From Psammoneis japonica (lineage: Eukaryota), in the NCBI GenBank assembly GCA_008632985.1, contig QPGO01000377.1, forward strand, positions 1 through 36,278: DNA of 36,278 nt. Direction: 5' to 3'. The notes under the pieces were generated by a model. That model was not told the origin of the DNA. It worked only from the letters and a program-made list of their open reading frames with translations, and made no database searches. Made by a program: the position numbers and the translations under genes. Positions 23,401 through 34,300 of the stretch are shown piece after piece; position 1 is the stretch's first letter; every line of letters begins with the position of its first letter.

Positions 23401-25749
23401 TGTGTCTTGCATCACAGAAAACAGATGAACAACTGGCACAACACAGTTTTGAAATGATGCCCCATTGACTCAATGTTCATTGTGATGATGGTTGCATGCC
23501 ACAGCAGCCCTGTCTCGCAAAAAGTGCACTCGCATCTACATCTTGCATGGGGTGAGCCCATGTGTCATGCAGCAGGACTCATCACTCATGGTGGCAACCA
23601 TGACTGAGTGAGTTGTTGCAGTTTCTGCAAGGGAGGATGGATGAAGGCCAGGCATTGCATTAAAAATGACATTTTGACAACAACAGTTTCAATTTTTGGT
23701 TGCAATAAAAAAGATTCCATCACAATTGTCTCATGGAGCAGGTGCAATTTAAGGCACCATGCAAACCAAGGCACACTTCCATTGGCCTGACCCACACACT
23801 GCAGTGCTCGCTGGTCTTGAAGTGGGTCTGCAGCAAGGAAGCACAACACAACAATGGTTGGACCAAACACAAGGGGCAACGTGGTTACACGACATCACTG
23901 TGGTGCGATGGCACAGTGGGAAGCCCCATTGGCGCTTTTTTTTGACGAGCTATGAGCTCCACTAAATTTTCATGAGCTTGGGTTAAACTGTGTGCCATGA
24001 ATGTGGCACTAAGCCTGTGGGAGACAGTCGCATCAACAACAAAATGGAAGATAAAACATTTTTGACAACACTAAACACTTTTAAAACAATTGTGGCTAAA
24101 CCAGTCTAGACCACTCATCACAACAAGATGGAATGGCACACCCAAGTTCACTGCAACTCCCCTCATGCCATTGCCATTGACTTCACCACCATCTGCTGCA
24201 CCTTGCACCAGAGTGCACCACCACTTTGACACCTCTTGGACCACTTCTTTGGTTGCAGTGTCACCTGATTCCAAAGACTGGATCTTTGCTTTCAGCTTTG
24301 AAGCTCAGTCATGATCCTTTTTGCTTTTGTCAGGGGGCTGGCCTCTGCTCATGCAACCACAACAAAAACAACATGGTGCACAAGCCCTGCTTGTGTGCAG
24401 TTTTTTGATGTCACCATTCTTCTCACTGTAACTCTTTGCCTTTGTGGCTGGAAGCAGCTCTGGTGGCTTGGCTCTCATTTCTTCCTTCTTGTTTGCATCT
24501 TCCAAGTGTCATGCATTCCAGCCAGCTGCTCTCAACCTCTTGCCACATGGGAAGCAAACAACTCCAACCAGCTCTTAAGTTTGGTCTGTTCATGTGGTTT
24601 GTTCACAATTCCAGATTGAACCCCCATCATTCTGTGTTGAAATGATGTGCTGCCATTTTGATGCTTGACCTTGCTGCTCCAGCATCTTTTTTCACCTCTC
24701 TCAATGTCATGTCATTGGTGGCAGGACCGCAATCTTTTCTCTTGAATGTTGCCCAAGTCTGTGCCAAGATGTGTGGAAGGCTCACAAGATGCATTGCCAC
24801 TGCACTTGTTGTCTTGATGAAAATTAACCACATGCACAAAGAGATCTTCACCTCTGCCTCTTAATTTGTCTGGAACAAGCTTGAGCCAATGTGAGAGGCT
24901 GTAGCTTTTGCACCCTTCACTGCCTTGTGTGCTGCCACAACTTTTGGGTTATCAGTGGCACACAATGTTTGAGAAGAAGTGAGTCACAAAAGAGAGCTTT
25001 GCCTTCTTTGCATCTTCCTGTGTTTTGGGAAGCTTCAAAGGTGGTGCCATGATTGATCTTTGAAGGGAAAGGAGTGTGCCAAATCTTGGTGGTGTCCTGC
25101 ACAGAAATCAGCATTGTTTCCATGTGTGACACAAAATTGCCTTAATGGGAGACATTGGTCCTGTCATCAGTCATGAAATGTTTTTCGAGGGACAGAAAAT
25201 GACAACATGGAATTTCAGAGTGGGATGGCACATGTCAAAACTTAAAAGCGGAGCTTGTCCAAGGCACATGAGTTGCCAGTCACCAATGGTTTTCCTCTTT
25301 CCTCACCACTTTTCAATTCACCATGGGGGAGCAGCTCACAATCTAGATGATTGCCCACTTTTCACACTGCTCTACATTGAAGTGGTGCTTTGACACATCA
25401 TTTGAACTCATTTGCATCAACCATGACTAATCTCCCACCAAGCAAACTTGTCTCATGAATCCTCTGTCCAAGACATTCACCCCAGAGAAGTGTGCATCAC
25501 ACACCCATGGTTGCATCACTTTTGCATCCTGCCAAGCCATCACCACTGAGGTGGGCAATGCTGAATGCTGCCTCACATTCAACATCAACAAACGCACTGC
25601 AGCCAACCCATCCAGATTGTCCCCCACTGACCTCAACACAATGGTCATTTTGACCTGTTCCACCAGCCACCAGTGTCATCCTTGACATCCAAGCTAAAGA
25701 GCATGAGACCATTGGCAAAAGATCTCTCAAACAACCAGCAAATTTGCAG

Positions 25750-26520
25750 GCACTGTTCTTGACAGATTGCCAATGGCAAGAGCAATGAGCTAAAGAGCTC
25801 CTTGCAAACTGGTGACAGTGGACAACACTTGTGCTGGTGGAAGAAAGACTGAGAGAAGCAGATCTCAGAGAGATCTGCTCATCTGTCTAGGTCTGATCAT
25901 CATCCATGCCCTTGGTGTGCTGACACCCTCCCCTGATGATCTGTGATGTCTTGCGAGACAAAGCAGGTCACAAAGAAAGAAAAAATGCAACAGCATGCCA
26001 TGCCCACCACAAAAACAACCTTGCCAATGAAAAGGTGCCACACAGCAAAATTGACAATGCAAGAAATGGTCAAGCTCAACACGCACAGCAAAGAAACCTC
26101 ACCAGGCAATGACATGTCCACAAAGTCTCTAACAGCAGCAGGGCACATGGGCTGATCTATTGAAGTCTTCAACAAAAAATTCAAAAGCAATTTCCAACAA
26201 ATCTTGTGGATCAATTGAGTTTTGAACCAAAGAACAATAATTTTGTCAATCCACAAACACAATCAAAATCAAAGGGACATTCTGGTGAGTCACAAAATTC
26301 AACATGGCATGTGATGCATAAAAAATGAAGTGACAGCAGTCCACCAGACAAAACCATGCTTGTGCCACATTGTGTTTTGTCCCTGAAAAACACAGTGGAC
26401 AAACAAAGTGCATCATAAAAGTGCTCAACTTTAGAACAACATTGATGTGTTGCAGGCAAGCATTGAATGACCTGTGAAAAAAAATCACCATAGAAAGCAT
26501 CTTGGAAGAATCTTGAACAC
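25750..26520 (+). mobile_element. Merlin/ISXO2 (IS1595-family)-like transposase relic
   Basis: Degenerate motifs in order: VTVDNTCAGGRK (cf. VExDETYxGG.K) ~25811, VSNSSRAHGL (cf. SD.WRAY..L) ~26124, NFVNPQT..TIKIKGTFW (cf. NFV.P.T..TN.IEG.W) ~26238-26285. Several deviations fit CG/TA decay. Confidence 0.4.
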
Positions 26521-27099
26521 TTCACAGCCTTGTGTCGTCTGGTGGGGCAATAATCTGACATCACGCGCAAACTTGCATGTGACATTTTTGCCCGTCATGT
26601 CTGAATTTTTTTAAATTTAATTTAAAATTTTTTGCACGCTGTGTCAGAAATCTTACTTGTGATGTAAGTTTTCTTGTCATGTGTTGCAAGAAAATTTAAG
26701 TGTAACATCCATGCGGAGAACGTTACCAACGTTTTCAAGTGTAACACTCGTTCACTTTTCACCATGCGACAATTTACCTTCGGACTAGTCCCTGATTCAC
26801 ATTGCTTTCAAACCGTTCTTTAAATCTAATAAGCACACGGACAATGTTCCCAACATTTTACAGTGCAACACTTGGACGCTTTTCACCGTGTGAAATATTT
26901 CTTCCCGGTCAACAGCCCGACTCACATTCCATAATGTTGCAGCTGCCAAACTGATTTGATTTTTTTGGTTAATGCCTTTGCTATCGTCATTGTGTGCCAC
27001 ATGCTAGCAAACGTTGCTGCCATGCCGCCCGCATGCTCGTTGTGTCCTTGCTCGCTTCTGTGGGTTATTGTTCACTCTGCCTCCTCGAGAACCCGTTTG

Positions 27100-28104
27100 T
27101 GTCGAAGCGCTGTTGTCGGTTACTGTTACTTCTGGAGTCTCTTCCTCTTCGCTCCCCTGTTCGTCGTTCCTTCCTGTTGCCTCCTCCTTGCTGTTGCTCC
27201 AATCTGTTTTCGGAGCTGCCCATCCCCTCATGTTGTCCTTCTTTTTCTTCTTTCTTTTCTTGCTACGTGCGCTTTCCAATTTTTTTTATCTGCAGGTACT
27301 GCGCATCGACTCTGCTGTAATCCGTTCTCTCCTTTGCCACCGCATCATAGAGTTTGTTGTACTTGTCGATCCCACTCTGGTTCCATCCTTGATTTCACTT
27401 TGTGCCTTTCCCCATGAAATTGTACTTTGGGGCCACCGGCTGGGTTGGTTGTTGTGCCCCTCCATTTTGTTTGAATTGCTCTTCAAAATCTCTGCCACTG
27501 ATGTGGCGGCGTTGTAGTAGTAGTTGTCATACATCAGCCTGGCAAAAGCTTCCATACTTGTTGTTAGCCAATCGCTGACACCTTGGCTGTCCACTGTTTT
27601 AAAGTGTTCTGTTCCTGCCGCTAGGGAGCAACAATTTTCCAAGAACCAGAAGTGCGTTTGAGGCAACGCTCTGCCCTTTTTGATGTCTTTGATGCTTGGT
27701 ATTCCGTCGTATCTAGCCATTTCTGAGCAAGAATCAATTTGTGAGAACACTGCCCCATCTCATCCACGCACAGCCTGAACAGCACTTGCCGTCCATCTTC
27801 TTTCTAAACACCTCCTGCCTGTTGTTTCTTCTCCTGTTTAGTCTTTTCCTCACCTTCTCCTCGTTCTCTTCCCACCAAACCGCAGAGTCACTTGCGTCCA
27901 CATTGAGGTGTTTGCAAACCTTTTTCTGCATTTTGCTCCCGAAAGCCAACTTGACCTCATCGTGTATCACGAACTTTGTCTTGGGGTACACAGCCGCCGT
28001 AACACAGTCAGTTATCTGCTGTCCATAAACTTTCTCCTCGCCGCCTCCGAGCTGACGACCGACATTCCCGCAATCTCCACATTGTGTGATCCTGTCTCTG
28101 CCAT
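27100..28104 (-). pseudogene. TE accessory gene of unknown function with one intron (27789-27723), frameshifted
   Basis: YPKTKF...WWEENEEKVRKRLNRRRNN joins in frame through a 67-bp intron (donor GCAAGT, CTCAC branch-like site, CAG acceptor) to EMARYDG...WLTTSMEAFARLMYDNY. After a frameshift comes PKY...GWNQSGIDKYNKLYDAV. Motif set recalled from diatom repeat-associated ORFs. Confidence 0.6.
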
Positions 28105-28760
28105 GTCATGGGTGCTAACTGCAATGAAGGACACAAGATCAGCGTAAGCTGGCCAACCCGTTTGTGCAATGTTGCCGCAACGCACGTACCTGATGAATCA
28201 TTTCGTACCGACATGTTTGCTCACCCACTCCAACGTTTTTGTGTCAACGAAATTCCTCCCTCGGACCGAACCTAGTCCTGCAGTGCACGCCTGCCAGCAT
28301 GCCTGTTTGTCATTCTTAAAAAAACTCCCTCTCTTTGAATGCCAAAATTTTCAAATCACTCATTGTTAAACATCAATTGATGAATTTTTCATTGCTTTTG
28401 AATGGCCGTTCTTGTTGTTTGCATCCTCACATTATCCGTTCACTATGTTTTGCATGCTCCGCACGAAGAACAATGGCACTCCCAACTGTTGTTAGCTAGA
28501 ATTTTCAAATCGCCATCTAATTTTATTTTTTGGGCGTAATTTTCATAGATGAAAGGGCTGTAGTCCGAACACATCTTTTTGCATTTTTAGTTGGACTGCG
28601 ACATCTCGCTTTGCCGTCTGGGTCCCCATGCTCTTAGCCGTCCCCTGTTCGTCACCCGCAACTAACAGAGCATCGTTTCACATTGCTTTTAAAATTTTCA
28701 TGATTTGGTTGTCTAGTTTCTGTTAAAACTTTCTAGGAAATTAGGCTCATCTCTTTACCC

Positions 28761-29862
28761 TCACTCCTCATCCAGTCTTGCTCTCACCCTTCTGTCTTCC
28801 TCCATGACACCAGCTTCTTCTCTTGCAGTTTCATAAGATTCGTACAGGCGCTCCGCAATTTGGTGCAATCCACTGATATGACCCTCTCTGGATGCGTGCA
28901 CTCCTGCACAGAATACCCTCATTCCCAAGAGTGTATTTTGGTACAATGCCAAGTCTCCACTCACTAGAGGTGGGCAACATCCCTCTGCGAAAGGCCAGGG
29001 GATGTCTGCACCAGCATCGTGTTCGTCAAGATAAACCACGTCCAACCTGGTGTCTTCTCGTACAGTCACCGTATCCTCTCTGACAGGTGGCAGAGCACAC
29101 ATGATATGTGGGAACCGGCAATCTATGTCATTTTTTTGGCAAGCCACCACGATCGCACTAGGGTTTTGCATTGTAAGGTGAACCGTTGTCTCCACTTCAA
29201 AGTCAACCAAATCTAGCGTCAAAGTCACTTTGTCCATGTACGTGTCACAAAAGATTCTGTTGTTTTGTACCCACCCCTTCAAAAATGGTGGTTGCAAGCT
29301 GTACCTGCGCAACCTGTCACCTCCCACATGTCCCACTGTGACATAATAATTGAATGCCCAAGAGTCGACGTACGTTCTGCTTTTATCCAGTTTTTTTATG
29401 CAAGCTGAACATCTGGAATTCTCCCCCAATGTGGTCTGTTTGCAACTGTTGCATTAGCCTTGTAATCCATTTTTGCCTCATCAAAGTGTGTCTGGGATCG
29501 CCCAAGTCGCGTCTCTGCATTTGCAATGCATCGTCTTGCTCCACTGTTTCTCGCAAAGCATTGAGCACGTGTGGCCTCAACAGTTTGTGAACCAAATCCA
29601 TTTTCAATATCATTTTGCAGCTGAGGTAGGAAAACACTCATTCCAGGACACCCTTTGTCGATGCAACGCATCCAAGGCTACCCATTGTGTGGTGCTGTTT
29701 GCAATTTGAACACAACATGTTCGATGTCAGCCCCGTGTATTTGTTGATGTTGTTTGCTGATGCACAGATCGGGGATTGTGATGGGTTTGGCTGCTGCGTG
29801 GGCAGTTCTCTGCACAGTCACCAAATCTCAAAATTTCATAAGTGGGGCAACAGGCCGTGCAT
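28761..29862 (-). pseudogene. F-box-like protein pseudogene
   Basis: Reading from ATG at 29862 through three TGA codons (consistent with CGA->TGA) gives GVLE(R)VFSYLSCKMILKMDLVHKLLR, an F-box-like motif. A frameshift leads into the 222-aa ORF 29429-28761. Confidence 0.45.
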
Positions 29863-30286
29863 TCTCTCTCTTGAAATTTTTAGCATTTTATTAAATGAAA
29901 TGATTAAAGATTGCATCTTTTATATATCTTATGTCCTTGAAAGAGATAAAGAAATTTTAATGCTCTTTAGAAATGCTGCGACATGGATTTCCCATATTTA
30001 AGACACAACTCTAAACACTATTGCCAAAATAGTGATGATATTTTGTGCCATTGTACAGATTTATGATGCAATTTTTCACACTATTACCAAAATAGGTAAG
30101 ACATTTTGTACAATTCAATTTTCATTCCTGTGGACATTTGCACTAACATGACATGTAGTCCCATGTGATGCTCCTCACACTAAAGCACTGTGGTCACAAT
30201 GTAACACATAAACTTCACAACTGTGTAGTCGTGGGGCATCTCAAGGTTATACCATCACCTTGTCGCAACATCCATAATCACCTTCC

Positions 30287-31195
30287 ATGTCGTTGTTATA
30301 CTCCACCTTCCACGTTGTGTCTCGTCTCCCTCCAATTCCGATAGGACTCGATCGCAAAAACAACAAAATCTCTCGGCAATGTGCGCATTTCCAACCAGGT
30401 CAGTGTGTGAGCAAGAGGACTTTGACACACAAGAAGGTCTCTTCTATGGGATTATCTCCAACACACATCAATCATTTGTCCGTACTCTCGACACGGATGG
30501 ATTTCTCAACACACTTCCTGCTGGCCAAGCTTTGGTAATCCGGCCAAGACCGCTTTATGACTGTTCAGTGGTTTACAATGACAAACATCTGTCCTCCACA
30601 TTGAGGGAGGTGGCAGAGGAATTGTCAGTGCAGACAGCCAGATGCAGAGATGCTGATGCTAGGAGAAAATCTCTTGCCTGGAAAAGAAAGCACCAACACC
30701 ACGCCAGTGTCCAGGAAAGTAGCGTATCCACTGATGGGATTGGCTGTGCTTCTGTTGGTCCCGGTGTGGAGGTGCTTTCCATCGAATCACAGAAGGAAAT
30801 GTCAGCAGAGTTTCAATTGTACTTAAGCAGATTCGGACAGTCAAAGTCGATCCATCCATCGTTGTTTGGCACTTCAAGCATGGAAGACCTACAACTATCC
30901 AACCAAGGACAATGACATTACCACTTCCATTTAAAAAAGTGATTGTGAAGCACCTGTTTTCGGTGCCGTCAACACCATCCAACAATTGCCAGAAGGAGCA
31001 GGTGTAGACGTTTGTTGGGACAAGCCACTCTTTGCTGACCAAGCGGAGTTGGACCACCACAGTTTTGGAATGTGCGATGACTTAACAGATGCTGCCAAAA
31101 CACCCACTACTGAGAATGTCGCTGTCGACAATAATGTGTTGGTCATTGGCATTGTTTTTGGTGATGAGACCACCGACGTCTCTGCCAAGGAATGC
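30287..31195 (+). pseudogene. Frameshifted ORF with possible Tudor/SH3-like N-terminal barrel, truncated by the LINE
   Basis: ORFs 30287-30538, 30379-30915 and 30986 onward join through frameshifts. The FQPGQCV...LFYGIISN...VRTLDTDG pattern suggests a small beta-barrel. The last frame runs into the LINE terminus at 31196. Confidence 0.35.
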
Positions 31196-31341
31196 AAAAA
31201 AACCAAATCTATGTTTGCAGTGCTATCACTCCTTTGCCAGCTAAGCCGGCGCCGGCTAACCCACACTTCCAGTGCACCATTACGTGTGGCAGAAGCTCAT
31301 TGGGATCAGCCGGACGGGGCGTCACAGTGAGATGACGCCCA
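31196..31341 (-). ncRNA. Conserved structured 3'-terminal RNA module of the LINE
   Basis: Hairpin GGGCGUCA/UGACGCCC, then CCGGCUGAUCCC...CUUCUGCCACAC...GUGUGGGUUAGCCGGCGCCGGCUUAGCUGGCAAAGGAGUGAUAGCAC...U7. Homologous to 16189-16336. Confidence 0.55.
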
Positions 31342-34300
31342 TCCAAAGTAGCAAGCGATGGAGCAAGTGCCACGAAGTGCTTCACGCTTCACCTTCTTTA
31401 GGCTTTCTTTTAGATGTGGTTTTACCACAGCAACCCAATTCATAATCAGTAATGTAGAGTGGGAAATGTGATTGTCAACTGAATCCAGCAGCACCTCTCT
31501 GTCTTTAGCCAAGTGATCCTGTCATTTGTTGTAAATGGCCGTGAGCTCAGCTTCTGCCTGATGGCGTAAAGATGATTTCCTCGAATCTGAGTCGTGACCA
31601 TGAACCTCTTTATTGTGTTCTTCCCACAGTTCCCACCAGGACTTCCAAATGTGAGTTCCTGTCTGTACTCCCCAAACAGGAGGGGGTTGATTCTCTTTCC
31701 TATATTTCTCCAACAGACCCGTCTCATGAAGATGTATCTCCTGAAACACATTCCAAAGGGTGGAGCACCATCCATTGAAAACTTGTCGCCATCCTATCTC
31801 TGACTGGGCTTTCCACAGCGTTCTCAGCATCGGGGTAATGTCAGATTCATACTGCATCTCACCTCTTGGCCATGTTTCAAGTGAAGTCAGCAGCAGATCG
31901 CTTAGAGGTGGCATTGTGTCAATTTTGTCACAGTATTTTCGTAAGCCCTGTAGGAATTTGCAATGCCAGGCCTCATTGGCAGGACACCGTAAAACATGGT
32001 CTCAATCCTCCATAGGGCATTCGCACGTAAGGCAATGTTGTGGCGGTACAGGGTTGTACCGATGAGCAATCTTGTTTGTTGTAAGGAGCTTGTGGATGAG
32101 TTTAACCATTGAGACATGTTTCTTGGAGTGCCTGCACACCAATGTTGCATGGACCTTCCAGTCGATCTTTTCTGTGATAGATTCATCCCAATCATTTCTT
32201 TCCCGAACATATGATGCTAAGAGAGCGGGAGCCGTAGCGGCACATCTGACTGTGTGGATTTCATTCCTGCAGTGACCGTTCCATCAGTGAGGCACAGGTG
32301 TGATTGGCCAATGGGGAAAGGGAAGCACCTCGGTTGTGTCTGAGTCATATTGTCCCTGGCATCATCCTGCCAACTTGTCTGCACGTACGTTGACTTGTCC
32401 ACTCAGTGGGAGGGTCTCAACTGGAGCCTGTCTATCCTGGTGTCCTTTTACCCAAGCTATGGACAGAGCTTGCCCGGGGGAAGAAGGATTTAGAGCCTGA
32501 GAAATGGCTTCAGGCATTAAGTGTATTTCATTGATGACATTCCAATTGGATGAAAGAACATTGGCATCGTGCTGTCGTAGATAAAAGTCTCGGTCGGAAT
32601 GCTCCTGTGCCGACGGATCAATGGAAGGACGGCTATAAGACAATCTAGAAAGGACTTGGACCAAGGCCTTGTTATCACACCAGTTGTCGACACCTTCTTC
32701 ATATGTTGACATCTTGCAGAACTCAATCAAACGATAGATGAACCAAATCAGGGAAAGAAAACCATACGCCTTGGCTCAATAGGATGATGGCGAACGACCA
32801 AACACCTGACCAGCACAATCCACTGAGGGTCTGCCATTGAATGTAATAGTCCATCCGAAGGTGGCGTCATGATGAAGTACGGATCTGTCACTCCCCGCCA
32901 CGAGGCGACTTGATACAAAATAGTCCACTAGTTCATAAAGGGAATGTGGAAATCAATGTCTGAAAAGAGAGAGGACTCCCAGGGAGGCAATGCTTGTGAG
33001 CGGTCTGCGAATAGGTCGGGTAAGGGTGGAGTTGTTTCAACCGAGAGTTTCGGGTGATGAGGAATGTATTTCCATCTGCCATCTTCTATGGAGACAATCT
33101 CAATGGGGAATGATGAGTCAGAGGGGGAGGGAACCATTTCGATTTGGTGAATCAACGTAGCGATAGTGTCCTGGACCGGAAAAATGTCAAATCCTGATGG
33201 AGATCAAACGTATAAGTATGACTCTTCGGGAGACCAATGCGCTGAACATTGCATCCTCATTTTGGAAGGGGGCACTAGCCAGTCTCCTAAGGGAGCTTTC
33301 AGATGAACTGAGTCTTGATGGCACAACAATCCACATAACCGTATCCAAGGATTTTATGCATGGTGGCAAGGTTTAATCTGTTCGACGTTGTTGAGGGTAC
33401 CAACACTGCTAAGGTACGTAGGATCACCATAAACTTTGGACTCATCTAAGAAGCATCCGTCCGCCAGAGTGATATCCGAGACTGTCAGGACCCGAAGATG
33501 CAAGCGGCAATAGTTGATCCATTGGATCTCTCTAGAAGAGAATGCTTGTGACTCCAGAGCAACATCCATTAAAAACTGATTGTTGACTCTTTGCAAGGGG
33601 AGGACACCGTCTTGGGATAATGTAATGTATCCTCCAATGTGCTGTAGAAATGACCGAACGGATGCAAACCACAGCGACTCATTATGTGGATGAGGAGCAT
33701 TGACATCTCTGAGGAAGCTAACCCCCGTGCCTAGATGCAGCTGATTCCATGCAATGGCAATGTGAACCACGGCGCATGGTTGGTCGTCTTGTGTAAGATG
33801 CTGTGCACCTCGAGAATGTTTCAACAGCTGTTGCATTTGGGCAATGCCCTGCTCAACATCGAAGCATCGAAATCCACCGCCACCGCAAGATTGCAGGCTG
33901 TATAGAATCAGACGCTTAGCATTCCTGTTGTAACTGCATTTGGCAAACACAACTCTCATAGCACGTTGCTGCATTTGTTTCAACACTTTGGAAGCGAAGT
34001 GAGAGTTAGCGAGAACAAAAGACATCGACGGCAAACAGCACGCATGGCAGCATCTTCATGATTCGGTCCGGTCTAGAGGGACAGCCCGAATGAATAATGC
34101 TCCTCCATCACTCTTGGCTTGGAGCACTTGTTGCTGTTTCTTTAACGTCCTGGCTGGGGAAGGGCAGTGTCCCAGTGTTTTATGTGGAGCAAAGGGGGAC
34201 AGCTGCTTGCCATGTCTGGAAGTGGAGCGATCGGCTGAGAAAATTTCCACTGACACATCCTGATTATACGGTCGGAGGCTCGGTTTGCCAAATTCTGAGA

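Noticed and set aside
6588..26600. Numerous short Cys/His/Met/Gln-rich ORFs as real small proteins
   Set aside because: Explained by TG/CA enrichment and loss of TAA/TAG stops in decayed repeats.
30016..30110. CACTA transposon terminus (CACTATTRCCAAAATAG x2)
   Set aside because: Two direct copies 63 bp apart, with no matching opposite terminus or 3-bp TSD found in the window.
31210..31320. Canonical HDV, hammerhead, twister or SECIS element
   Set aside because: Lacks the HDV L3 loop and P1.1, the hammerhead CUGAUGA/GAAA core, and the SECIS AUGA/GA quartet geometry. Kept only as an unclassified structured RNA.
30287..31330. Antisense accessory ORF inside the LINE 3' UTR
   Set aside because: Homology with the TSD-bounded element places the LINE 3' terminus at ~31196, so this ORF is flanking target DNA rather than part of the LINE.
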